Notes under the pieces: generated by a model
Seen by the model: the letters and a program-made list of their open reading frames with translations, nothing else
Told to the model about the DNA's origin: nothing
The model's database searches: none
Position numbers and translations under genes: made by a program
From: Octopus sinensis
Lineage: Eukaryota
Direction: 5' to 3'
DNA: 64,000 nt
Assembly (NCBI RefSeq): GCF_006345805.1
Contig: NC_042997.1
Span: 129,022,001 to 129,086,000 of the forward strand
Part shown: positions 40,320 through 50,596 of the stretch, one piece after another
Position numbering within the stretch: the first letter of the stretch is position 1
How the letters are laid out: the number at the start of each line of letters is the position of its first letter

Positions 40320-40830
40320 AATAAATGTGTGAATGTGATTTGATGCTGTCATGAATATTTTGCCACAAAACTTCCGAATAATTGCTTTCTTCTATGTTCT
40401 CAAGCTTTGAATTTAGATGCATTTCAAAATTTTTTGTTGTTTCTAGATTTTTGAAAGACACGTTTATTATTGGGGGCATCCTGCATCTCATTGGCCTCTT
40501 TATATGTGGTTTAGCAAATACCTTACTGCGAATCTTCTGTGATCCAAGTAACACTTAGGAGTCTTGTGAGCTCTGGTTAACGTGAAATCACTGCAATCTT
40601 TTCTCTTAGTGATGCCTTAATCAAACAGATCAGGGAAGCTTCCAGGTGTTTTTATATTTATCTGCCTGTTTAAACACTGTGTTTAGACCAAACTACTGAT
40701 TGAAAGACAGCAGCTGCAAACCGCTTGCATTCATTTTTCCATGTCCGTGTTTTCCTATTTCTTTTGACCACACTCTCTGTTTGTTGCCTATTTTGACATT
40801 AAAATCACCCATGTCAGGATATGGAACTTT
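40320..40830 (-). mobile_element. RTE-type LINE AP-endonuclease remnant
   Basis: MGDFNVKIG...IGKHGHGKMNASGLQLLSF...NTVFKQADKYKNTW. Confidence 0.75.
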
Positions 40831-41127
40831 ACTGACAACTGTCTCTAATGGCTGAGTGCAAAGCATAGAAAAATAGACTGAGTTGATTGCTGCTGTGAGC
40901 TGGCAACTCAACCTTGGATGTTGAGTCTCACGGAGGCAATGACATGTAACTGAAACTTTTGATGGTTTACTGTGCTTGAGAAGATGTCAAACTAAATGAA
41001 ATCGTAGTCATGGCTTGTGTTAGTAACATGTAAAAGGCACCCATGCCAGTGATATGTAAAAGCACCCACTACACTCTGTGGAGTGGTTGGTGTTAGGAAG
41101 GACATCCAGTTGAGAAACAGACTGGAG

Positions 41128-41170
<43 letters not shown>

Positions 41171-41180
41171 ATATATATAC

Positions 41181-41211
<31 letters not shown>

Positions 41212-41371
41212 CATATATACATATATGTATATGTATGTATATATATATATACATACATATATATATATATATACATACATATATATATATATATATAATT
41301 GTATATATACATACATATATATATATATGTATATACATATATACATATATGTATATGTATGTATATAGTTA

Positions 41372-41603
41372 AAGGTGGCGAGCTGGCAGAAACGTTAGCA
41401 CGCCAGGCGAAATGCGTAGCCGTATTTCGTCTACTGTTACGTTCTGGGTTCAAATTCCGCCAAGGTCAACTTTGCCTTTCATCCTTTCAGGGTCGATAAA
41501 TTAAGTACCAGTTACGCACTGGGGTCAATGTAATCGACTTAACCTGTTTGTCTGTCCTTGTTTGTCCTCTCTGTGTTTAGCCCCTTGTGGGTAGTAAAGA
41601 AAT
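41372..41603 (+). mobile_element. SINE family A, young
   Basis: Near-consensus copy with CpGs intact, between (TA)n tracts. Confidence 0.9.
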
Positions 41604-41937
41604 ATATATATATATATATATAGTTATGGTATATTATGTTAAGAACGAAATAGAATACAGTGTAAAGCTCGTTCACCTTCAGATTTAGTTTGTGCTATCC
41701 AGTAGTAGTATTATACGTACTTCCAGGTCTGTGTTTGGGCATCTGGCATGTGTGAATAGATACTTGAAGAAATTGGAGTCAACAAGAAGGTGTATGGTTG
41801 GACATTTATTTTTTTAACTGCTACAACTGTTTCCATGCAATGTAGTTCTCCATGTGTGCAGGTACTTGATTATGCAACTGTTTCCTTGCATTATGTGATC
41901 TAATTGTGTTTCCTCAGGTGATATGTAAATATATATG

Positions 41938-41984
<47 letters not shown>

Positions 41985-42599
41985 ATGATGATGATATGGT
42001 GGTTTTAGAGTCAGATCATGGCTGCTATTTTCAGCATGGTGGTATCTCATAGATACCCTAATTTATAATTTTATATCTCTTTGTTTCCTTTGCCCCCTTT
42101 CTTTTCTCTTTCTTCTGTCACGTGACCGCTAGTCAAAATCAGCCTTTTGGCCTTCGACCACTGCCGTGAAAACATCTGTTGTCTTTGTCTGCCGATAAAG
42201 GCATTTTTTCAAAATACGCCAGCTAAACTTGTTGTACTGTTTATTAGTCGTAAGACACCCGCTGTTTTTGTCCTGTTTTTACCATTATTGTTTTTTGTAT
42301 TTTATATTCGTGTGGCATCGTCAGTTTTTCTGTCCCTGTTTCGTATACATTCGATCCTTATTCCAAGAAATCTAATGCTTGTAGATTAGTTTTTCCTTGG
42401 GGCTGGCTAGATCGAAGCGATCTCAAGATTAATCAGCCGAAATTGCTACGATGATCCGGTTCTTGACTGAAGATTGAAAGCTTTGAATGTCCCGTCCGTG
42501 TTTTTTGTATTGTCCTCTAAATGTTTTACGTTCTTGTCCCAATTTGTATTTTTCTACATAAAATAATATATATAGCGGCGTCCGTACCCTCTTTGGCCC

Positions 42600-42631
<32 letters not shown>

Positions 42632-42831
42632 GTGTGTATGTGTGTATGCTTGTTTTTATGTTTAGTCATAATAAAAACGTTTTTACATTAAACTGATGGA
42701 TTACTCTATATTTTGCACAGTACAAGTTTATTCTTAAAGAATATTATTGACTGTGATTTCAAAGTTTCAGCCAGTAAAGACATTGTCAGACTGATGCCAA
42801 ACTGTCCAGCCTATGCTGGAATAGGTTAGAC

Positions 42832-43047
42832 CAGGGGTGGGCAAACTTTTTTGATCGTGGGCCGCACAGTGCGTCTTTGGAACCTTGGCGGGCCTCATTT
42901 ATAAAAATCAAGTGAAAATATTGTGAATTACCGTACAGTTACGAAGTATCTGCATAGAAGTTGGGATTCATAAAAGCTCTTGGCGGGCCGCATGAAAACC
43001 TATGGCGGGCCGCATGCGGCCCGCGGGCCGTAGTTTGCCCACCCCTG
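42832..43047. mobile_element. hAT/Charlie-type MITE, 216 bp
   Basis: TIR CAGGGGTGGGCAAACT / AGTTTGCCCACCCCTG; perfect 8-bp TSD ggttagac at 42824-42831 and 43048-43055. Confidence 0.95.
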
Positions 43048-43328
43048 GGTTAGACAGTTTAACCTCAGCTGACAACCCAAGCTCTACAAGCAAGGGGATT
43101 GACAGTTACATACACACAAATATATGCATACATATACACACACACACACACACATACACACACATATATATATATATACAGAGAGATTGATACATATATA
43201 TATACGTACATAGACCATAAAAAGTCAGGAGGTATGAGAGGTGAATATATATATATTTAACTACTTGATATTCATAAGATTACAGCTGTTTCACAGCCTT
43301 TATCATAATAATAATTTCAGTATGCATG

Positions 43329-43379
<51 letters not shown>

Positions 43380-43547
43380 AATATTAGGGAATAAATCCAA
43401 ATTTACAGGGAAAAAAATCAGATTTAGGATTAAATCCAATTTTATAGTAAAATATTATATAATATTAATTAGAGACAAAACCACTATTTTGCAAAAAAGG
43501 AAAGACTTAATCAATACATAAAATTTTAATAAAAAGTAAAAAAACCA

Positions 43548-43590
43548 CCACTACAATTGTTTCTTGTCCTGATCGACAATCTTCAGGTGG
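43548..43590 (-). ncRNA. Minimal type I hammerhead ribozyme motif
   Basis: Minus strand reads ccac CUGAAGA uuguc-gaucag-gacaa GAAAC aauu GUA gugg: stem I, core, stem II, GAAA, short stem III with palindromic loop, GUA cleavage triplet. Confidence 0.75.
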
Positions 43591-43671
43591 ATTTCCAATA
43601 AGTCAGTTTCAAATTATGAAGTGAAATTAATTTAATTTCACTTCATAATTTGAAACTGACTTATTGGAAAT

Positions 43672-43715
43672 CCACCTGAAGATTGTCGATCAGGACAAAG
43701 AAACAATTGTAGTGG
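43672..43715 (+). ncRNA. Minimal type I hammerhead ribozyme motif (mirror copy)
   Basis: ccac CTGAAGA ttgtc gatcag gacaa a GAAAC aatt GTA gtgg; one extra A before GAAA. Confidence 0.68.
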
Positions 43716-43799
43716 TGGTTTTTTTACTTTTTATTAAAATTTTATGTATTGATTAAGTCTTTCCTTGTTTGTTTTGCAAAATAGTGGTTTTGTCTCTAA

Positions 43800-43832
<33 letters not shown>

Positions 43833-43835
43833 TAC

Positions 43836-44225
43836 CAAGAGAAAAGCTGGACCTAAGAAGCATTAGATGTGGTGTGCAAAAGAGATGACTGCGCTGGTAT
43901 GGTCATGTGGCAAGAATGGATGAGGATAGCTGCATAAAAAAGTGCCACACCCTAGCAGTTGAGGGAACCCGTGGAAGTGATAGATCCAGGAGATGAAGTG
44001 GTGAAGCACGACCTTCGAACATTAGGCTTCACCAAGGAAATGACTAGCGACCGAGACTTTTGGAAATATGCTGTGCTCAAGAAGACCCGGCAAGCCAAAT
44101 GAGACCATAACCTGTGGCCTATGCCAGGAGCGTAACCAGCCCGCTTATGCCTACCTTTCCTTCCTTGGTCACTAAACTCTGCTTACGAAGACCTGTTGAG
44201 GCAAGTGAAATCAAAATCAAAATCA
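43836..44225 (+). mobile_element. RTE LINE 3' end with 3' UTR
   Basis: REKLDLRSIRCGVQKR*LRWYGHVARMDEDSCIKKCHTLAVEGTRG; ends in (AAATCA)n. Confidence 0.85.
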
Positions 44226-44239
44226 ATTCGATGACTGGT

Positions 44240-44687
44240 ATTTGTGCTAGCGGGGTTCAAAGAGCACCATATGAGTGTGATCGTTGACAGAGCGGCTATT
44301 CAAGTATGATCGTTACTAGCATCGCCTTACTGGCACTTATGCCTGTGCTAGTAGGGTGCCAAGAGCACCATCCGAGTGTGATCGTTGCCAGAGCAGCCAA
44401 CTGGCTTCCATACCCGTGGCACGTAAAAGGGCACCATTCGAGCGTGATCGTTACCAACATTGCTTCACTGGCACCTGTGCCGGTGGCACGTTTAAAAAGA
44501 TTCGAGCGAAGTCGTTGCCACTGCAGCCTGACTGGCCCCCATGCCGGTGGCATGTAAAAAGCACCCACTACACTCTCGGAGTGGTTGGTGTTAGGAAGGG
44601 CATCCAGCTGTAGAAACTCTGCCAGATCAAGATTGGAGCCTGATGCTAGCATGGAAAGCGGACGTTAAACGATGATGATGATGATGA
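44240..44687 (+). mobile_element. RTE-related short element (family C) with internal tandem subrepeats
   Basis: Repeated gagcaccat..gagtgtgatcgttg units, then gtggttggtgttaggaagggcatccagctgtagaaac and a (GAT)n tail. Confidence 0.8.
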
Positions 44688-44850
44688 TACACAAATGCCA
44701 TACATGCATACATACATACGTACATATATGTACATATAAATATATATAAGACAGACATTAAAAAATGATGATATATATCATCATCATCATTTAACATCCG
44801 TTGTTCATGCTGGCAAGCTGGAAGACTGCACCAAATTCCAGTCTGATATA

Positions 44851-44909
<59 letters not shown>

Positions 44910-45441
44910 GTACAGAAACACACACAAATGTATACAAATATCGATTTATCCAATGTTGATTGCTTCCATTATGGTCGCATATTGTGATGAACTACATCTA
45001 CCAATACAATGAGGGATCTCTGAGCCCCCAGAAACAGCTGTTGGACTTATAATTCCTGACTTCTCTGGTGTTTAATTTTTTTGTCACTTGTACTCTGTAT
45101 AAGTTGGATCTATCAATATAAATATTTGTATATCGATACTTAAATATTCATCGTCTGGAAGTCTCCACCTTTTGCTCTCTCTGATTTTGCAGGTGTGCAT
45201 ATATACATATTTTGTATTTCATACCCAAACTGTTATATTTATATCTAATTTGTATATCTGCATAATTGCCTCTTTATAAACATATACATACACACATATA
45301 TACATACATACATATACATGTACATATATATACACATACACATATAACCATACATTTATATGTATGTATAAATATATATATATGTATATATGTTTATGAA
45401 AAAGAACAACTACTTACTCGTGTGTTACCTCTACATTTAAA

Positions 45442-45528
<87 letters not shown>

Positions 45529-45687
45529 AGAGTGTGTGTGTGTGTGTGTGCGCGCGCGCGTGCGTGTGTGTGTGTCTGTAGCATGTAGGATTTATATATA
45601 ATACTGATCATGGTAATGCACAACAGTAATTTAAAACATCGACATTTAGCAATATTAAAAGATACAGCTGAAAGTCACTTCACTTAC

Positions 45688-45774
45688 CTCGGTCACTGGG
45701 GCTGCAGTGACAAAACTGGTCAGAATGGTCAGAAGTAGAACCATTAACAGTCTTTGTCCACTTTGGCAAGCCAT
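45688..45774 (-). CDS. Exon 1 coding part: signal peptide of the secreted glycoprotein
   Basis: CAAAA-ATG-G start context; MACQSGQRLLMVLLLTILTSFVTA|APVTE (hydrophobic core, V-T-A cleavage site); donor GAG|gtaagtg; 87 nt, phase 0. Confidence 0.9.
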
Positions 45775-45878
45775 TTTTGCACTCAACCTAGCTTGTTGTC
45801 AATACCTCTGGTAATGTACTAAGTCAATAAGTGACTACAAGTTGACAGGTGAGGCGCTTTCACAAACCCTAATGAAAT

Positions 45879-45911
45879 ACTGAAATTATGATCCAGTTGA
45901 CACTTTATATA
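45879..45911 (-). promoter_or_regulatory. Core promoter: TATA box plus initiator
   Basis: TATATAAAG (45911-45903) lies about 30 nt upstream of TCAGT (A at 45881); the 107-nt leader to the ATG has no upstream ATG. Confidence 0.75.
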
Positions 45912-46848
45912 TATATAGATATATATACATATATACACACACGCAAACACACATACATGCATACACTCATACACATACACACTCAACAATACACACAATG
46001 AGAGGGTAGAGGACGTAGAAGATGTAGAAAGAGTAAAGCAATCAAGAGAGGTAAGAAAATTAACTGTGTTCGCCTACTTGTTTGAAAACTGTCTTATCTA
46101 AACTAAATGGTGACGGTGGGAGTGTAGCGACAACAAAAGCTATGGATAGTGCGGTGATGCCTGTATGAAGTAATGCTTCGTTAATGTGACGATTTTTCAC
46201 TGCGCCTGCCTGTTCATTTAGTTCTAGTTTAACTATATATAACCCCAAATTACGATATGGCTCTGTTCCACTGAGTACACACACGAAGCATGTCCGAGAG
46301 AGAAATGAAGGTAGTTTTGACATCCCTTCATTTATAAAATACAAAATAATTTCAAACAGGTGCAATTGACTACTAAAGTAACCAGATAACTACAGCTACA
46401 TACGACTTACAGGCCAGTGATCGGTCAGTATAAACGAGAAGTTTAAGAGACTTGTATCTATATAATTTATTTAATCATGAAAAGCAAGCGATTTTGAATT
46501 CAACTAGTTACAACAAAATACTTGAAAATAATCCCTTTGGCACAAGGCCAGCCATTTCGAGGCAGGGGTTAAGTCGATTACATCGACTACAGTGCTCAAC
46601 TGGTACTTATTTTATCGACCCCGATAGAATGAAAGGCAAAATTAATCCCTAATATTAAATTTATGTTAATCAACTAAAAAAAAATGATGCACTGAAGTTT
46701 TGCAGTATTGGTAAGAATAGATGGCGACCATATTGATTACAGGTACATTGGATGGATCTCGGTGAAGGTAGTACAGAAAATCGTTATAATAGCTACAGGG
46801 TGAGCAAAAAGGAAAAAATTCACACTCACACATACACGCACACCACAG

Positions 46849-47210
46849 AGGCGTAAGCGTAGCTGTGTGGTAAGAAGCTTGCTTCCCAATCACATGGTTC
46901 CGGGTTCAATCCCACTACGTAGCACCTTGGGCAAGTGTCTTCTTACTACCGTTTTGGGCTGACCAAAGCCTTGCGAGTGGATTTGGTTGGCGGAAACTGA
47001 TAGAAACCCGTCGTATACTTGTGTGTGTCTGTGATCATATCTGTGTTTTCCCCCACCCCGCTTGACAACCGGTGTTGGTGTATTTACACCCCCGTAACTT
47101 AGCGGTTTAGTAAAAGAGGCTGATAGAATAAGTACCAGGTTTTAAAAATAAAGGTGGTGCCCCAGCATAGCGGCAGTCTAATGACTGAAACAAGTAAAAG
47201 ATTAAAGTAA
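46849..47210 (+). mobile_element. SINE family B
   Basis: aggcgtaagcgtagctgtgtggtaagaagcttgc...gggttcaatccc...aatgactgaaacaagtaaaag. Confidence 0.88.
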
Positions 47211-47714
47211 AAAAAAACAAAAGATATATGTTAACTTCGATTTGTGACGTATTGAGTGTTTTCCATTTGACCAAATAGATATTCTTTGAATGCTGTCTGG
47301 CCTGGTTATATGTGTAGCTGCATCTCCGTCATAAGCAGTATCCCAATATAGATTGCATTTGAACCAGTGACGTGGTTAGAGTGTGTGCTACGCGGAGTAG
47401 CCCTTGCATTTGCTACCCTCCGCCCTCGGCTTATACAACAGACCCGAAAGTGCCGCCCCTGCAAAAGCATTGTTTATGGTAGACCGTCCTCTTCGATCCT
47501 CCCACCTAGCTATGCAACTGATCTGAACTTTATGTGGATCACTGACTGGACAGAGTAGAAGTAGATTTTAGCCCTGAAAAGAAGGTAACCTTTGAGTAAC
47601 AGTTTCCGTAATATTATGTATATGAGGTCCCAATGAGAGATCATCAGACTGTAAAGTCAATCATTTGTAGCAATTTCAAGAAAGGAACAAAACACTGATG
47701 TATCGGGACCTGAC

Positions 47715-48028
47715 AGTGAACTATCTCTTCCAGCCTGTGGTGTTTGAAACATTTGGAGGGGCTGGGCCGTTAACCGCGAAGTTCTTGTTATCGTTGGCAG
47801 CTCGCCTTACCGAGGATTCACGTGATGCCTGTGAGAGTGCTTGACTTTTCCAACGCCTTAGCCTTGTCATCGTCCGTGGTAACGCTGCGAGCATGCTGCC
47901 TTGCTTCAGTAGGTTGGGTTGAACCTTGTGATGTGCAACCGGTTGAAGCACATGGTGCCGCATTGATGTTTTTTTCCTTTCTCCCATTTTTTGGGGGTTT
48001 TGATTTTTTTGTTTATTTTATTTTGTAA
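47715..48028 (+). mobile_element. CRE-clade non-LTR retrotransposon 3' end
   Basis: FQPVVFETFGGAGPLTAKFLLSLAARLTEDSRDACESA*LFQRLSLVIVRGNAASML matches the F.P.A.ET.G..G...FQRLS.AIQRGNAAS C-terminus of CRE elements. Confidence 0.8.
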
Positions 48029-48029
48029 A

Positions 48030-49666
48030 TTATATTCCTTTCATTCACATATAATCTTATGTTAGTGGCAGCATTTTCCAGGAGATGGTGTAAACGTTCA
48101 GCATCTTTTGTATTGTCGACGAAGATCGCTATGTCATCAGTATAATCGGCGTCAGTCAAGTAAATGACCGGATATCTCCTGCTTCTAAACTTCTATGAAG
48201 TGAAACCCAGATCACTGTGTTGATCTTTTGAGGTACGCAATACATAATCGAGTCACAGGATGAGCAAGAAAGGAGCTAGTGTGTCGCCCCGCAGTACTCT
48301 TGCACGAACATCGAAGAAGTCAGTATCTCATCTGGTGAACGCGCTTTCGCTCGGGTGTTTTTATACAGCATCATTACTGCATTTGTTGTTTCATCAGGAA
48401 TACCATATGCCCTAAGGATTTCTGCCATCTTATCTCTGTGTACTGAGTCAAAACCATTGGCGAAATCAACAAAGAGCAGGACTGCATTTACGTTTTTGAT
48501 TCATACTCCTTCAAGCATCCTCCTAACTGTGAGAATTTGACCAAATGTAGAGCGGCTCTTCCTAAATCCATTTTGATTTTTTTCTAAGAATTCTTTCAAA
48601 TTGAAGTTGGATTCGATTGAGTAGCAATGCATTGTAAATCTTCGCTGTAATTGGTGTTAATGTAATAATTCCTCTGTAGCTTATTGTAAAGCCCAGATCC
48701 CCTTTTTTGCAGGGGAAAGGCAGAATACATCCTTCTGTCCAGACTTTTATCTTGCTTTGATGATATACTTAGTTGCACGATTTGAGAAGAATGTCATTGA
48801 AACTGCCGGTTTTCCAGACTTCAGGAGGGATGTCATCCAATCCTGCAGCATTTCGGTTTTTAGTCTTCCTCAGTACAACTCCAAGCTTTTCTGTCGAGAA
48901 GGGTCCTTGCTTGATATCCAGGACCTCCTCAACAATACGATGGATCCACTGGTTTCATGTATTCGGTGATTTCCCAAGGTTCTGAAAATGGTCTTTTCAC
49001 TTAGTCTCTCCTGTAGGCCAGAGGCCTTCAACTTCGCTTTGGCGGATTTCTTCCAACCACTCACTTCATTTACTGTCTGCCACACCAAAGAAGACAGTTT
49101 GTTGTCTGCTGCATTTTTGATTTCGTCGATTTGGCTTTGGATGTATTTTTGCTGTTCCGCTTGATATAATGCATTAAGTTCTTCCAGTGCCTTCGTTTTT
49201 CTATTTAAATTTCTTCTCGTAGGATTCCTGTTGTGTTGTTTAGTTATTTCTTTTATGTTAATTCTTTTTGCGAGCACTGTGTCGCTTTCCCAGGGAGCTC
49301 TTCGTTTCACTTTTGGTTTCAAAGGGATGCATTTTTCAGCAGCCTCATAATGAGCTTGGACGAAGTCGAGCTATGTTGTGTTTGGTGTGTGATCTTCGTT
49401 TGCATCTTGTAATGCATCGAAGTAATTTTTTAGTTTGATCGTGAGGTCATTTCGGATTTTCTTGTTGTACGTCAGAATAGCTTAGTTGTAGGGCGGTCTT
49501 GAGGTTCTTTTTATCTTGTTTTCTCGGAGGCTTATCTGAAGCTTAGATGTTACTTTTCAATGGTCAGATGATACATCAAAGAAAGTGTTGTATGCTTCAC
49601 AGTTGTGGCAGTTGTTAATGCACTTTTTGTTCATGATAAGATAGTCTAGCTGAGCTTTGAATCCAA
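48030..49666 (-). mobile_element. RTE-group LINE fragment (end of APE through the RT catalytic motif), decayed
   Basis: KAQLDYLIMNKK..SSDH (APE end); ORF 48870-49322 linker; VLRGDTLAPFLLIL and TDADYTDDIAIF (RT). Confidence 0.85.
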
Positions 49667-50490
49667 GCATCTTATAACATAAATCAGGTTTTCTGAGGCA
49701 CAACTAAAGTCAGATTTGATTTTGAATTTTTGTCCCTCTTTGAAAAGAAATTCTGATCCTTCTAGAAGGTTTGGGCATGTTGCGCAATTTGGTCGACCAC
49801 ATTTCTTCACTTTTGCGTCCGTTATTTTAGAAAATAATTTTGCCTATGTGAGGATCTTTTTTAGTGATTTCGGTTGCTCGAGGCTTTTAATGGTCTTGTG
49901 TGTGTGTAAAATTTGCTTTAATTTGGGGTCCTTATGTAGCATTGGAAAATTTGGGGGGATGATGGTGAAGGCTTCTTTGTTTCTGGGGTTGTATGTGGAT
50001 ATGTACGGCAGTATTTTCGGGTAAGGTTTGTTGCTGTGTTGAACTTTTCTTAAGGTTTCTTTGTCGATTTGTGTTGCACATCTGATTCCATCCTCTATGA
50101 GATGAACTGGGTAGTGTCTGTCAATCAGGATGTTTTTGAGTTCTTGCTGTCTAAGGCCTCTGGTATTTTTTTTTCTGGCACTATTATGCATATCCTTCTT
50201 GCAAGGTTGAAGGGGATGTCTTGTGTGATATGAATTAAATAGTAGATATTGTTTAACGTCTGTGGTGTTGTAGAATATGCTTGTTTCTATTTTAGGTTTA
50301 TTTTTTTATTTTTTATACTAATTAAGTCCACAAATTCTTTTATTCTCTCTGTGTTTATTTCTTCATGTTCCTTCCTGTTGAAGAGCGCAGGCTCGAAACA
50401 TAAAAGACTTTCTCACTTTACCGAGCGTCAGACTAATACACTTGCTTGTTATTTATACACCTGTTTTCGTCTTTTGTTATATATGTATAT
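49667..50490 (-). mobile_element. Penelope-like element fragment with an inverted pLTR-like segment
   Basis: IETSIFYNTTDVKQYLLFNSYH..LIDRHYP..LPYISTYNP..KKCGRPNCATCP..FSCASENLIYVIRC (RT thumb, Cys linker, start of GIY-YIG); plus-strand CTGTTGA-a-gagc-gcag-gctc-GAAAC hammerhead-like motif at 50375-50402. Confidence 0.85.
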
Positions 50491-50518
50491 ATATTCACGC
50501 CGAGGAAGAGAGAGAGTA

Positions 50519-50596
<78 letters not shown>

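Larger units (their letters stand above)
43456..43812. repeat. Near-perfect palindrome (arms ~175 bp, 1-nt spacer at 43631); inverted Penelope-type terminal repeat in (TA)n
   Basis: gtgaaattaa-t-ttaatttcac centre; the arms differ by two small indels; (TA)n on both flanks. Confidence 0.92.
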
